Positions 12,301 through 25,085 of a stretch of 62,867 bases of DNA are shown in pieces. The notes under the pieces are model-generated. The model was given only the letters and a program-made list of their open reading frames with translations. It was not told the DNA's origin and searched no databases. Source of the DNA: Octopus bimaculoides. Lineage: Eukaryota. The stretch's first letter is position 1. Every line of letters begins with the position of its first letter. The stretch covers positions 15,317,103 to 15,379,969 of the forward strand of contig NC_068991.1 in NCBI RefSeq assembly GCF_001194135.2, given 5' to 3'. The position numbers and the translations under genes are program-made.

Positions 12301-14405
12301 TTCTAACTTCAAGCCTTGCAAAGGTGCAATTTGCCTTTTGTTCATCCTTTCGATCGCTGAATACAAAACGTGGCTCGCGGAATCTCTGTTTGGGAGAATT
12401 TTTTTTTTTTTTAATCACCATCTCACCCCTGTACGCTGATCCTTTGCATTTACTTCTGAGTGGACTGGACCAACATGAAGTGCCCAAGAACACAACGCAC
12501 AGCCGCTCTGAGAATCGAAACCATGATCTCGTGCTATTAGGCTATACGTCTTCACACATTATTGGTTAATCTTTGACTCTCTAGAGTTCCTACGCCCTTT
12601 GACGGGTTTTGTTTTTCGTCCCGTCGGATGTCCAACCAGTCGCCCACGTACTGGATCACACGTTACCAGTAGCGCTTGAGAAGAACTTAACGCATGAACA
12701 TTAAAAATGAGTAATCTCTTGCCAACATTGAAACGAGGACACATTTAAGGAGGAGATTCAATAGATTAAAATGAACTCCCAGAACTTACTAGTACATATT
12801 TTATCTATTCAAGAAGAACAAAAGGCAAATTGGACCTTTGCAAGACTTGAAGTTAGAAACCATCTTATTCTTGTTTCAACATAATGTGTCTTGAAATACA
12901 TTATTCCAAAGCGTCGTGGTAAAGGACATTTAAATATTTGGTTGCTATTTCCAGCAGGTTGAACGACTGCGTAGAGGCTCCCTCGTTAGCTTGGTTATCT
13001 GAAAGTCGTTTCTCTTTGTTAATATTATTGAAGAAAAAATATGATGCCATTTAGACAAAATTAGTGCGTCTGTCTGTTTAATGGCGATATTTCATTTGAA
13101 TATGCATTAAAGCTATAGAATTTCAACAACAAAGCAAAATAAACTGCAAAAATAAATAAATGAATAAATAAATAAAACACTAACCAGTTTGAGAAAGATA
13201 AAAATCGTCTCGATCTATGATATATTTTTATTAGGCTATTTATTTCAACAATCCAAGATCGAAATCAACCAGTTCGTCACAGTTCTATTACTCTGTCACC
13301 AAATGATGTATCTAACTAAACATATATCTCACTAATATATTTCCGATAACAGGAAAGCTGCTTTTTAACCGGACTAACAAGATTATCATCTCTTAAAAAT
13401 TCTACAGTTTCGCAAGAGCCAAAAATAATAATAAATAAATAAATTAAATTTAAAAAAAAAACGAATAAACACACAAACAAAAAGGAGACAAAACCCAAAA
13501 AATGCAACATTGAAAGTGAAAATTTTTGAGCAGAAATTTCAATTTTAGTACACAGAAGTTGTGAAGAAATTGATACCATTCGACTCTTTGATAATAACAG
13601 TGATGATAGTTAATAGTAAATAATAAAAATAAAGAAATAAAGAAATAAATAAAAACCTACTAACTGCTAGAATATATTATTTGTAGTTAAAAGTGGTATC
13701 GGTGATTGTAGCTGGTGTGGAAGGGTAAGTTTTAATGTTCCTCTGTGCTTATTTAACCTCAGGTCAACTCTGATCAAGCAGATTTCTTTCGTGGTTAAAG
13801 GCGCCGTTTGAATATGACCACCACATTGACGTCTTCCAGGCATTCAGAGTTGCTTTATTCATTTTCCTTATTTTTTGTTGTTTTATTTACAACAATAAAT
13901 CGTGAGAAGAGAGAAATTTGGTTGGCATCTCCAAGCACCGTAGTCTATCATTTTTGTTGTTGCTTAACTCTCTTGCTATGGAAAGCAATTTTATATATTA
14001 GTCTATCTTTTGTTGAGGAATGTCATGTTTGAAACTGTGTGTGTGTGTGTGTGTGATATCAAGTTTATTGAGGCAACGTGACCTGCAAAAAATGCCAATT
14101 CTATTTTTGGGGAGATATCTAACATCGTTATTGGTACAGCAATAAAATTTAATTTCGCATTAAAGGGTAAGACAACCAGATCAATCTTGATAGAGCAGGG
14201 ATCTTTTCCTTTTAGCCAGCACATAGAAAAAATAATTTTTTGTAACTAAACACTTTCAAATTTCGTATACTGGTAGAATGTGCCATTTAAAACAAGTAGT
14301 ATATTGAAAAATAAAAATATTTTGTGGGGGGAGGGGGCATTTGTGAGTCAAAAGAGGGCATTTGGCCAAAATGGGTTGAGAACCTTTGGTTTACATTTTG
14401 AGTAA

Positions 14406-14477
14406 GGTTTCATGGTGTAATGGTTAGCCCTCTGGACTTTGAATGCAGCGATCCGAGTTCGAATTTCAGTAGGACCT
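14406..14477 (+). tRNA. tRNA-Gln(TTG), probably a pseudogene
   Basis: 72-nt sequence close to the metazoan tRNA-Gln consensus, with anticodon loop CT-TTG-AA and a T5 run at 14482-14486. Single mismatches occur in the acceptor, D, anticodon and T stems. Confidence 0.8.
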
Positions 14478-15460
14478 TAACTTTTTAAAGCGGTGTTCTA
14501 GCATAGCCGCAGTCAAATGACCGAAACGAGTAAACGAATATAAGGGAGTACCAAATTTTTTTTAAGTGCTTAGGGCCTCTACGGATCATAATCCGGCCCT
14601 AGTTGTAAGCATCGTTTAAGTGAGAACGTATTTATATTATTTCAGGTTGGAAACTAAATGACGGAAAATTCAGTAATTGCTGCAGACATGTCTTCGAAAT
14701 TCTTACTTCGCAATTATGTGATTCAAAAAAAGAAAAAAAAAAAAAGACAGAAAAACACTGATTGTTACGGTTAGGAATAAAACTACAATATTCATACTTT
14801 AAATCGCCACATTCAAGCTCTCCTTAAGACACTTATCTGCCGGGAATTATTTTCTGTAAACAGCTAATTTGGCAGATACATATATAAAGAAGGAACACAA
14901 ATGTCTTGAGGTTTACTACAGCTGTTTCAGACGTGTTTTTTAATTTTTTTTATGTTGACAGAAAAAGGAAAACGGTAATTTTCGCAGTTAGGAATAACAC
15001 AAAAATATTTATNNNNNNNNNNNNNNNNNNNNNNNNNNNNNNNNNNNNNNNNNNNNNNNNNNNNNNNNNNNNNNNNNNNNNNNNNNNNNNNNNNNNNNNN
15101 NNNNNNNNNNNNNNNNNNNNNNNNNNNNNNNNNNNNNNNNNNNNNNNNNNNNNNNNNNNNNNNNNNNNNNNNNNNNNNNNNNNNNNNNNNNNNNNNNNNN
15201 NNNNNNNNNNNNNNNNNNNNNNNNNNNNNNNNNNNNNNNNNNNNNNNNNNNNNNNNNNNNNNNNNNNNNNNNNNNNNNNNNNNNNNNNNNNNNNNNNNNN
15301 NNNNNNNNNNNNNNNNNNNNNNNNNNNNNNNNNNNNNNNNNNNNNNNNNNNNNNNNNNNNNNNNNNNNNNNNNNNNNNNNNNNNNNNNNNNNNNNNNNNN
15401 NNNNNNNNNNNNNNNNNNNNNNNNNNNNNNNNNNNNNNNNNNNNNNNNNNNNNNNNNNNN

Positions 15461-15778
15461 CGTTGTGAGTGTTTATTGAGCGAAAACACCTAGAAGCTCC
15501 ACGAGGCTCCGGCAGGGGATGGTGGTGAACCCTGCTGTACTCTTTCACCACAACTTTCTCTCACTCTTACTTCCTGTTTCTGTTGTGCCTGTAATTCAAA
15601 GGGTCAGCCTTATCACACTGAGTCACGCTGAATATCCCCGAGAACTACGTTAAGGGTACACGTGTCTGTGGAGTGCTCAGCCACTTGCACGTTAATTTCA
15701 CGAGCAGGCTGTTCCGTTGATCGGGTCAACTGGAACCCTAGACGTCGTAAGCGACGGAGTGCCAACAACAACAACGAC
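15461..15778 (+). mobile_element. SINE family B (5' end lost in the gap)
   Basis: Reverse-complement match to the 6880-7261 copy, with an (AAC)n tail. Confidence 0.9.
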
Positions 15779-15829
15779 ATAACAAGAACTGGAATAGATT
15801 CTCTTTCTTTATCTCATGCCTTTTCTTAG

Positions 15830-16422
15830 GTTAGAATCTGCCAATGGGCTCTGCCTAGTTTAAAATATACAAGACAACTGTATGTCATGATGTTGTCCCC
15901 ACGACTCCATCAAGAGTTAAATTCCCGGGTGGTTAACTCCCTTGTCAGTTCATAGACTTGTGCTTTTTTGTGGCTATAAGGATGTTTGACATTTCTAGCA
16001 GTGTAGGTGCTACAATGCACCCTCAGTCTCTATTAGAGACAATTGAAATCTTCCATTTTCGTTTTATATTGCGTCTAACCAACTTTAGTAATTTATAATT
16101 TTCACATTACCGTTTTGCTGAATCAACCATTATTCATTATGGCGAAAATCTGTATACTGACAGGTTGGATTTGAGTTAACAATCAGCGATGGGGCTGTAC
16201 GACTGATGAGCTTTAATTTCAAGCGAAATTGGCTTGTCAATATAGTACCCTCGCTCGCTGTGGGGCGGTTACCTCTCCTGTCAGTACATAGACATGCGTT
16301 ATGTTTGTGGCTATAAGGGTTTTCTACTCTTATTTCTAGCAATGCAGGTGTTACAATGCGCTCACAGTCACTATTAATAATTGAATTTTTCCTTTTTGGT
16401 TCTATATTGCATCTAGCGACCT
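15830..16422 (+). mobile_element. Retrozyme-like tandem repeat (~340 bp period)
   Basis: Diverged direct units: GTGGCTATAAG at 15970 and 16307, CTAGCA.TG.AGGTG at 15995 and 16336. It shares the CTCTTATTT.TAGCAATG.AGGT motif with the 493-1112 locus at a similar distance 3' of the HHR. Confidence 0.65.
16185..16255 (+). ncRNA. Type I hammerhead ribozyme
   Basis: GTACGA CTGATGA GCTT-TAATTTC-AAGC GAAA TTGGC-TT-GTCAA TA|TAGTAC. Canonical core with AUA cleavage after 16242. Stem I has one mismatch and a distal AGCGA/TCGCT extension. Confidence 0.85.
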
Positions 16423-17289
16423 TTATATATATATATATATATNNNNNNNNNNNNNNNNNNNNNNNNNNNNNNNNNNNNNNNNNNNNNNNNNNNNNNNNNN
16501 NNNNNNNNNNNNNNNNNNNNNNNNNNNNNNNNNNNNNNNNNNNNNNNNNNTATGCGATATATATATTTATACTCGCACCATATATGTGCATATGCACATA
16601 TATATATATACACATATACACGCACACACACACATATATATGCATATACACATATATATACACACATATACACCATATATATATATATGCACAATATACG
16701 AATATATGTCTATATATACATACACTATATACATACACTATATTATCCAATCAAACATATGCACAATGTACGTATATAAGCATATATATATACATACACA
16801 TACATAATATATAAATATTTATATGTATACATACATACACACACACACACACAGACAAACACACACACCTACGTATAATTCGGTTATAGACATATAGAAA
16901 TGTAATTTCAAATCGATGCAAGATTAGCTTAAATTTGTAATTACTAACATCTGTGAAGTCTTAATAGCAATTTTCGTTTTAGCAATAAATTAAAATCGAT
17001 AATAATTATGCAAATATCAAAATTTTAAATATCAAATATGTCTGAATATGTCTAAGTCAGAAAACCATTAATGCTGACTTTGGCGAAATTCCATAACATT
17101 TTAGAAGAGATTTGATGTCGATTTTTGGCCATTACAAACTAATGAAGATGTACTTCTGGTATCGATGTAATCTTATACTGCCTGCTCATGATCGAGTGAT
17201 CGACGACTAAGCCAAAACCCCTATTGAGCCTTTCCTGTGAAGAAAGTGTGTGTGTATCCAGTGCCTAACTGCAATGTTTAAAATCCCCA

Positions 17290-17930
17290 AAAGAGCAGTA
17301 GATTGGTTGAATCATGAGAGTAACGCCATGCGGTATTTGTCACAGTTATCTGCGTACATGCACCGAGTTCCAATCGTACCTAGGCCAAATTTCCGTTTCA
17401 TCTATTGAAGGTTGATAAATCAAGTACTAATCTAACACTGAAGTCGTTCCTCCTCTCTTTTCCCTAGATGTTTTTCAATAGGCAGAATCGTTAGCACGCC
17501 GGACAATAAGCATAGTAGCATTTCGTCCGTCTTGACGTTCTGAGTTCAAATGCCGCTGGAGTCGACTTTATCTCTCACCCTTCGGGGTCGATAAATTAAG
17601 TACCAATAAAACGCTGGGGTCGATATAATCGACTAGTCCCCTCCCACCAAACTTCAGGCACAAAACCCAGTAATTTTTTGAGGGGAGAGGGAAGTCGATT
17701 ACATCGACTCAATTGGGTCGATGTAACCGACCCGAAGGATGAAAAGCAAAGATGAACTCGACGGGGTTTGAACTCAGAACGTAATATAATTGGGCACAAG
17801 ATCAGCGATTTTAGGAGGAAGGAATCAGACGATCCCATCGAACCCAAGTATTTGACTGGTATCATATTTTATCAATCCTTGAGGAATGAAATCAAATTTT
17901 ACTTAGGCAATATTTGAACACAGAACATGA
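17290..17930. mobile_element. Cluster of family A SINEs (two plus, two minus)
   Basis: Family A motifs at ~17480-17660 (+), 17660-17780 (-) and 17800-17930 (-), plus a degenerate copy at 17290-17460. Confidence 0.75.
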
Positions 17931-18269
17931 AAAAAAACCGTGGCTAATAATGCGAAACATTCAATCCGATATTCTTCCAAACTATTCTACCAGTCCGCTG
18001 CTTCAAATTATCACTGAATATTTGCGATTAATAATCATCTTCGGACTTCGTCCATTAAAAACAATATTCACTTATATTGCTTTTGCTAAACGAAGCACGA
18101 AGATTGGATATTCTTATAGGGAAAAAATTGAATTTTATTGTTGTTTGAAAATCCCAATAATTATGAAAGCCGAATGTGCGAGTGGATTACAATATATATT
18201 AAGTTGGAAAGAAAGTCATGGCGCATTTCAAGATGGAAAAAACAAAACAAAACAAACGATTCTCTGGTC

Positions 18270-18830
18270 TTGATAAGTTTAACATATTTCCTCTCAATAT
18301 TGATAACATAATCCAATCTGATAAATTATTGATCCCTCGGGCGTAAAATTCTCCAGGTTTCGAAGCAAAGAAACGCCTCAATATTACTATCCTAGTCACA
18401 AACTGTTTTATGTAAATAATGCTCCAGGATTCTGTAAAGATGATAGTCAGATGAAGAAAATGAGACAAGACTTCCATATTTGATGCAGTAATTTTTTCCG
18501 GGGCGACTTGAGCAATACATGCATTATCGTGTAAATGTCACACTCCTTTACAATTGATCAATGGTAAGTGCCGTTTCTGCAAATTACTGTGCAATACTTC
18601 CTATTAACAATATTTCGTCGCATTAAGTGTTTCGTTTTGGTTTAACACTTCATTATAGACGACACCATCATATTTCACCAACACAACGCATATCAGTTTT
18701 GGGTTAGAGCCCTCGTTTAGAGATGGATTCTCTCTTTTTGTTGGGTGCCAACCATAGTAATTTTCATTGGATATGATTATAGAGGACCCGCTTTTCCTCA
18801 CTGTTCAAGAACCTATTAAAAGAAGACTCG
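18270..18830 (-). mobile_element. Mariner transposase relic (catalytic region and C-terminus)
   Basis: KLICVVLVKYDGVVYNEVLNQNETLNATKYC, LHDNA and FFASKPGEFYARGINNL motifs in broken frames. Confidence 0.8.
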
Positions 18831-18881
18831 ATAACAAATGACGAGCAGAGAGTAACTGATTAAAAAGAGAAGCAGTCAGAT

Positions 18882-19110
18882 TACGAGGGGTCCATTGACC
18901 AAGTTTAGACGCTTTTCATAGTTCATGACAATGTCTTGTATCAAAATACCTGAAATGAACTCCTTTGCGTATTCCTTTGGATTTTCCGTGACTAGTTTTC
19001 AGAAGTTCAACTATTGACAGAACTTGATCGTCCAGATCGAAAGTAACCAGCGAAAGAGAAATTTCCCGAACAAAAGTGACGAAACCATAGTTGGTATACT
19101 TGGACACTTA
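18882..19110 (-). mobile_element. Short mariner 3' relic
   Basis: TA-CGAGGGG TIR-like end and a C-terminal-like KGIRKGVH translation. Confidence 0.45.
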
Positions 19111-19302
19111 AAATCATTTCTATAGACTGAACGAAAATTTCTTGCTACTTCCATTTTTCTGAATCCATACAGCATGTAGTGTCTGATATGAGTGATCTAA
19201 ATTTTATTAATGTTTATTTTTGTAGTGTCTTGAAAAGTATCCTCAAAACGGTTATGTCAAAAATGCAACATGACATTTTTTGGCAACCTAATTGTTTCCC
19301 CA

Positions 19303-20081
19303 GGGTTATCAGATAACTTGTTTTCATTTATTTTACATCAGCAATTTTAACAAATCATTGTTCACTGTTTCTTGCCAACGTCCTACTAGCTTGACAATGC
19401 CTTGACAGTAGAACTCACAGAGTCTGGAAACAAAGACTTCATAGAGATAGCTTTTCAGCTCCAGTTCGTTGTCGAACGAAACGCTTCGCAGACTGTTGGA
19501 GAGCGACTGAAAAGATGCTATATAAGGGGAATACAGTGGGTGCGGTAGAATTTCCAAAACAAGCCCTTGAATAGCAGCTTTGGTCAACAGTGGTGGGGCA
19601 AGTGTTGTGTTGAAGCAGCACACCGCGACGCTGGTCGGGTGACATCAAGTAAAAACAACGGGCGACAATACCATGAAAACACCCCCTCCGTCAATTCCTT
19701 GGTGGATTGGCGCGGATCGTCGTAGAGGAGTTCCATCAATCAACCCTCAATGAGCTGAACAGGATAGTGAGGTCCAATTTCTCCTCCTCGAAGTGTGAGG
19801 ACCATTTTTGTGCAGTTCCTTCACTAATAGGGTCTTCTCTGTACACAGCACAAATGTCTCGAGCGGCATTGACCACTTTAGAATCTTGATTGAAAGCAAA
19901 GAGAAGCAGGTCTCTAGATTTTTTTTCTTTTTACTACTTGGCACTTAAAATTTGATATTTCAAAAATGATAAACGTTGCAGAGGGAGAATAGAGCTTTAA
20001 AAAAACAAAACAAAAAAAAAAATACGATTCGTTTCGTGTTAATTCAACATTGGAAGAAACGAACAATTTATCTGACAACCC
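19303..20081 (-). mobile_element. Internally deleted mariner with TIRs
   Basis: TIRs GGGTTATCAGATAACTTGTT and (rc) GGGTTGTCAGATAAATTGTT match at 18/20. Encodes AARDICAVY, DDPRQSTKELT, RRGVLLQH, ILPHPLYSPYIA and EFYCQGIVKLVGRW. Confidence 0.85.
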
Positions 20082-20570
20082 AACAGATTAATAGGATTAG
20101 TTGAACAACTTGTAAATTTAAACCATCGTCAAGTCCAAAACTATTACCCAACTGTTTGGTACTTTAAATAACAAGAATTTTCAGGCTTCCGATTTTAGTA
20201 TAATTTTATCTCTTTGTCCCACGAGTTTTCGAAGGCTCTGAAAACGGCCATAGGAGCAGCTTTTTCCCTCTTTCGAAGTCATTAAATAAGAAAATGGCTT
20301 AGTAACTTACATGTAAGATTTGAAACACGCAGAGTTAGAAAAAAATCAGTTTAGTTAAGCACTGAAGTGGACAGAATCAGCACTACGGTTTTCTTGTATT
20401 AAAAAAAAAAAAAAGACATTAAGCAATGGGGTACACCATACTTTCAAAAAGATTTGACGGTCATGAACGAGTTGTTCTTTATAAGCCTGCTCAATTATAG
20501 CAGATGCGAGAAAGGGGAAATAAAATAAAATTAAAATCAGATTTTTTAATGCAGTATCATCCACAATATA

Positions 20571-20940
20571 GGCCAAGCGTGGTTGTGTGGAAGGAAGCTC
20601 GCTTCCCAACCACATGGTTCTGCGTTCAGTTCCACTGCGTGACATCTTACGCGAGTGTTTTCTACTGTAGCCTCGGGCTGACCAAAACCTTGTGAGTGCA
20701 TTAGGCAGTAGGAAACTGAAATAAGCCTGTCGTATGAGTGTGTGTATCTGTTTGTCCCCCTCCTCTTGACAACCGGTGTTGGATGTTTATGTCCCCATAA
20801 CCGAGCGGTTCGACAAAGAGACCGATAGAATAAATACCAAGCTCAAACAAGTACTGGATTCGATTCATTCGACAAAATATTCAAGACAGTTGCCCCAGCA
20901 TGGCCGCAGTCTAATGACAAACAGGTAAAAAGATGAAAAC
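20571..20940 (+). mobile_element. SINE family D
   Basis: The full head-body-tail family D pattern is present. Confidence 0.85.
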
Positions 20941-21420
20941 TTTGTTTTTGTAATAGTATCCTTAGGTGCAAGCAACGCTGTGTTTTTAAGAAGTTCGGTC
21001 CTGAGTCAGATTATTCCATGTTCTCTGCCATTGCATTTCACCGTAGACATTTCTATAAATTATATAAAGCAAAGTTTTGCCTACGAGCGAATAAATTATA
21101 TTTCTCTAAATACTTCCACCCGTTTAAAAAATTTTTTTTTTATATATATATATACTTAGGGAGGGTAGAGTGTATGTAGTTTGAACTGACAGTTTTCTAC
21201 ATTTCCAGTGTCGTTGTTTTGATATCCATTTATTTATATGTATTTATTTACTTTTGGAAAAAGATTTCACTAAATATGCTGCTTACGTCTGGTTTTCGTT
21301 TTCTACTTCTTAGAGGCAAAATTTTGACAGCGAATAAAAACGCAAAATTTATTTAATTCATCTGGGGAACGAGAAATGTCAAAACTTGCAAAATATTGTA
21401 AATGCAACATTTCCATATAC

Positions 21421-21490
<70 letters not shown>

Positions 21491-22122
21491 GTATATATAT
21501 GTAGCTTGTGTGAGAGGTATGACCAAGGGTATGTAGTTAAGAAGTTTAAGTAGCAACAACGTGATATTGGGCTAGATTCCATTACTTGATACACTGAGCA
21601 TGTGTCTTCTACTCTAAATAGAATTTGGTGATAGAAAACTGCAACAAAGTCCGTTATTTGTGAGTATGTATACTGGCGGTGGGGTCCCGTATTTGTTAAA
21701 ACTGGGGTTATGTTGAGCCAATTTATGTACTGTAACTTAGCGCTTCGACTGTTGTAAGTACTTTGATCGATAAGCCCTAAATCCTGCAAAAGGTAATAGT
21801 CTAACATGGCTGCAGAACAACGATTTAAAACCAGCCAAAATAAAATTTAACTGAAGCGGGTAAAAGTATCAGGTTTATTTTCATATAAAATACCAGAAAA
21901 ATGATAGATCTGAAATGGCATAATATTCAGAGAAAGAACAATTTACAGTAATTTCACTTTACTAAACATAAAAATAAAATATAAAAGTTATATCAATTAA
22001 CTTTATGTAATTAAGCGAGAATTCTTGATTGAGCCATGTCTAACTAACTTGAATCAAGTATTCTCTAAAAATAAAAAAAGTGTTGATCCATTAAAAACAA
22101 ATGAGGTGTGTGTGTGTGTGTG

Positions 22123-23004
22123 TTAAGAGTCGATAACAGTGTTTCTTGGTAGCAAAACTGATAGGAACCTGTAAGGGAAAGAGATCAAAATTTGTATCAC
22201 ACTCATAACTAAGCGACAAATCCATATTCCCTTTAAAATCCAACAGGTTGGTTGAAATATTCTGACAGCATCAATAAACGGCAGAGCATTAAATAACAAG
22301 ACGAAAAAAATGTTGATCAAGTAAGGTACAAACAATGCGATAAAGCTGAAAACCCAGTTAACAAATGCCACAATGAATATAGTTCCTGGTGCAAATACTG
22401 TCGTTGTCGAACAATCTAGACCAAAATGCATTGGTGACATTACATCGTCGAAGGAGAAGGCCACCGATAGGAGAGTCGCAATAAAATAAGCTCTCTCCTT
22501 TGAAGTTGGAAAGGTAAATAACGCGTTGCCCGTTTCACTCGGGAACGCTCGTGGCTGTTCGCTTTCATCAGTGTTCAGATTAGGTTTATCACTAATCGAA
22601 CAATCTGCCATTGCGTTATTTTTTAAGGCTGATCCAGCATTATTTTTAACCGTTGGTTCCACATAAATTTCAATTTGGTCTGCTTGTATTTCATCTATTA
22701 AATCAACTGCATTCTTTCTTGACGACATCAGTGTACGGACGAAAGTAATAGGAGATAATAAAAATGACGTCCGTTCAAGTTTTCCCGATGTCTCTCTCGC
22801 AACAGTTTCAAACTTTTCTTTTGTTTCTTCCTTGGTGTTACATTTTCCAACATGTTTCTGTTTCATCCTGAATAAAAATGAATCGTCATTGAAAATTTCA
22901 CTCAAATTACAAGTTATGGATTTCACAAAACCTCGGAAATTTGGTAAGACTCTATAGAAACTTCTTTTTATTATATTCGGCTGAACCTGGCAGTGTGTAG
23001 TCAT
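22123..23004 (-). CDS. Putative 293-aa membrane protein of unknown family
   Basis: 882-bp stop-free, non-repetitive ORF in very AT-rich DNA. ATG context is AAAATG. The N-terminal half is polar and the C-terminus carries long hydrophobic segments. AATAAA lies ~245 nt downstream (21874-21879). A candidate 5'UTR intron spans 23065-23211 (AAG|GTAATA ... TGACAG). No family recognised. Confidence 0.6.
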   Translation of the reverse strand: MTTHCQVQPNIIKRSFYRVLPNFRGFVKSITCNLSEIFNDDSFLFRMKQKHVGKCNTKEETKEKFETVARETSGKLERTSFLLSPITFVRTLMSSRKNAVDLIDEIQADQIEIYVEPTVKNNAGSALKNNAMADCSISDKPNLNTDESEQPRAFPSETGNALFTFPTSKERAYFIATLLSVAFSFDDVMSPMHFGLDCSTTTVFAPGTIFIVAFVNWVFSFIALFVPYLINIFFVLLFNALPFIDAVRIFQPTCWILKGIWICRLVMSVIQILISFPYRFLSVLLPRNTVIDS

Positions 23005-23211
23005 TTTGTCTTTCTATTTCGAAGTGAACGATTTATTATATTTTTTCAGAATATTCAACCAAAGCTGTCACCAGTTACAAAATCCAATAAAAATGTAATG
23101 ACCAGTTGTTTTTCACCAAGTTACTATTGATATACAAAAAACATTAAAAATTAGCAATGGAACATTACATTATCAATTGAAGGGGTACAAATACTATTGA
23201 ATTAGTATTAC

Positions 23212-23350
23212 CTTTTTAAAAGAGGGTCGCCGAAAATACGCTGGAGCGAACGGAACTCGCGATCCAAATACCAATACTGATTGTAACTGTTTAATTTCAC
23301 GCCACATGATCGTTAAAAGTATTGATATTCGCTTCTATACAAAACGATCG
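23212..23350 (-). promoter_or_regulatory. Candidate promoter / first non-coding exon of the 22123-23004 gene
   Basis: Locally CpG-rich patch ending in a splice-donor-like AAG|GTAATA on the minus strand. This is inference only. Confidence 0.3.
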
Positions 23351-23574
23351 GACAAATAATTTTTAACAGACACTAACTGATTGCAAAACAAATCGAGCTT
23401 TTAATAAGAGAAAGACAAACACACATTCACAATTATACAATTACATGTTATATAAATATGTTATGGAGATGTGCGTGCATAGCAGGTGCTTTTAATCTGA
23501 GATCGTGTGTTGAAACTAAAGCGACTGCAGCGTTGAAGACGCTAAGTTAGTCATTAAAAAAAATAATAAATAAA

Positions 23575-23815
23575 TGCACCCTTTAAATGCCTAGCCAGGC
23601 TCATGGGCCCGGTTTCCCGGTTTCAATGGCGTATGTGTTCCCCAGCTGGACGGGACGCCAGTCCATCGCAGCGTTACTCATTTTTGCCAGCTGAGTGGAC
23701 TGGAGCAACGTGAAATGAAGTGTTTTGCTCAAGAACACAACGCGTCGCCCGGTCCAGGAACCGAAATCACAATCTTACGATCATGATGCTAACCACTAAG
23801 CCACGTTCCTCCACA
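23575..23815 (-). mobile_element. tRNA-derived SINE related to family C
   Basis: Shares the AGCTGAGTGGACTGGAGCAACGTGAAA..TTGCTCAAGAACACAAC core and a tRNA-like head. Confidence 0.8.
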
Positions 23816-24214
23816 AGTTAGTCGTTTAGAAGCACATAAATACCGTTAACTTGACTTAAACATTTATTTTTAATATGGTGTCAAAATTTTCGTTGCTCGA
23901 AACTGCGATCTGTTCAATGAAAAACAAAATTGTGTGGCATAATTTTTTTGTCAACATGATGTTCCAGTTTCTATTACATTATGTGGTATCTTAGGCAACA
24001 GTCATTTTCTATTACAATGTGTGGTATCTTAGATAACTGTCATGCCTCTGGTCGACGCATACATTGTGTGTGAAAATGAGTGGACGGAAACTGTGTGGAA
24101 GCCTGTCGGATGGGTTGTACTCGTAATTCCAAGGTTCGACTTTTTGTCACACACCGTCTTTTTGATTCCGCTAGAAAAATGCATTGCAGTTGAAAGTGAC
24201 TAGCTTTCTCAGCC

Positions 24215-24603
24215 ATGTCTATTCAATGAACCAGGTATTTCTATTAACAGAAGAGCTCAACAAATGTCTGCGCTACATCTACCAAGAACTGGCAGCCAGA
24301 CAAAATTTCAAACAGAAATCTATGGGATACAACGAACCAAACTCACATTTATCAAGAAATTCTGCAAAGGAAATGGAACTGGATCGATAACACTCTGAGG
24401 AGAGCTCCAAGTAAGTTTTAGACTGGCAACCTGAGGGAAAGAGGTAAGTTGGAAGACCTAAGAAGCGCCGGAAAGGATGCGTGGAAGGTGAAACAAAAGC
24501 AATCGTTCTCTCTAGGTCTGAAATCAGGGAGGTAACCCAAGATCATGTCCACTTGCATGAAATGGTTGCGGCCCTATGCTTCTTACGGAGTAGCGTGGAC
24601 TAA
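24215..24603 (+). mobile_element. RTE/RTE-X LINE 3' fragment
   Basis: NKCLRYI..WQPDKISNRNLW..QRKWNWI..TLRR..LDWQPEGKR.VGRPK..EMVAALCS matches the RTE ORF2 C-terminus. Confidence 0.8.
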
Positions 24604-25031
24604 CTAAGAGTTCAATACTTGCGATCGGAAATAACCTACCTACCATCGAATGTGCATATGTGCATATGTGTGTGTGTGTGTGTGTTATTGAAGCCGATAA
24701 TGTGCTTCGTTGCAGCTCATCAGTTTTCGCAATGTACAAACATTCAAACGCAATGCTTGAATCGCAAATGTTTAGAAAAAGTCTGAAAATGGAACGAAGT
24801 GAATCATTAACCACGAACGAATATACTCTACTGCATGTATTGAATACTCATTTGATATTATCTATATATATATATTCAAATATGTATTTATATAAGCGAT
24901 ATTTCTTTCTGACTTGAATTCTATAAACAAACCACTCGGTAATTTCCGTGATCACGTGTGGTCTTGTCAACTGTCAGCTGCGTGCTAGTTCTCTTGCTGT
25001 ATCGAAGTGGAAAGAGAAAGCTAATGGGTTC

Positions 25032-25085
<54 letters not shown>

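Noticed and set aside
21379-21807. 142-aa ORF downstream of the candidate gene
   Set aside because: It runs through an (AT)n tract and shows no recognisable protein features.
24685-24730. CTGATGAG hammerhead core on the minus strand
   Set aside because: A 3-bp stem II is possible, but no GAAA follows and stems I and III are absent.
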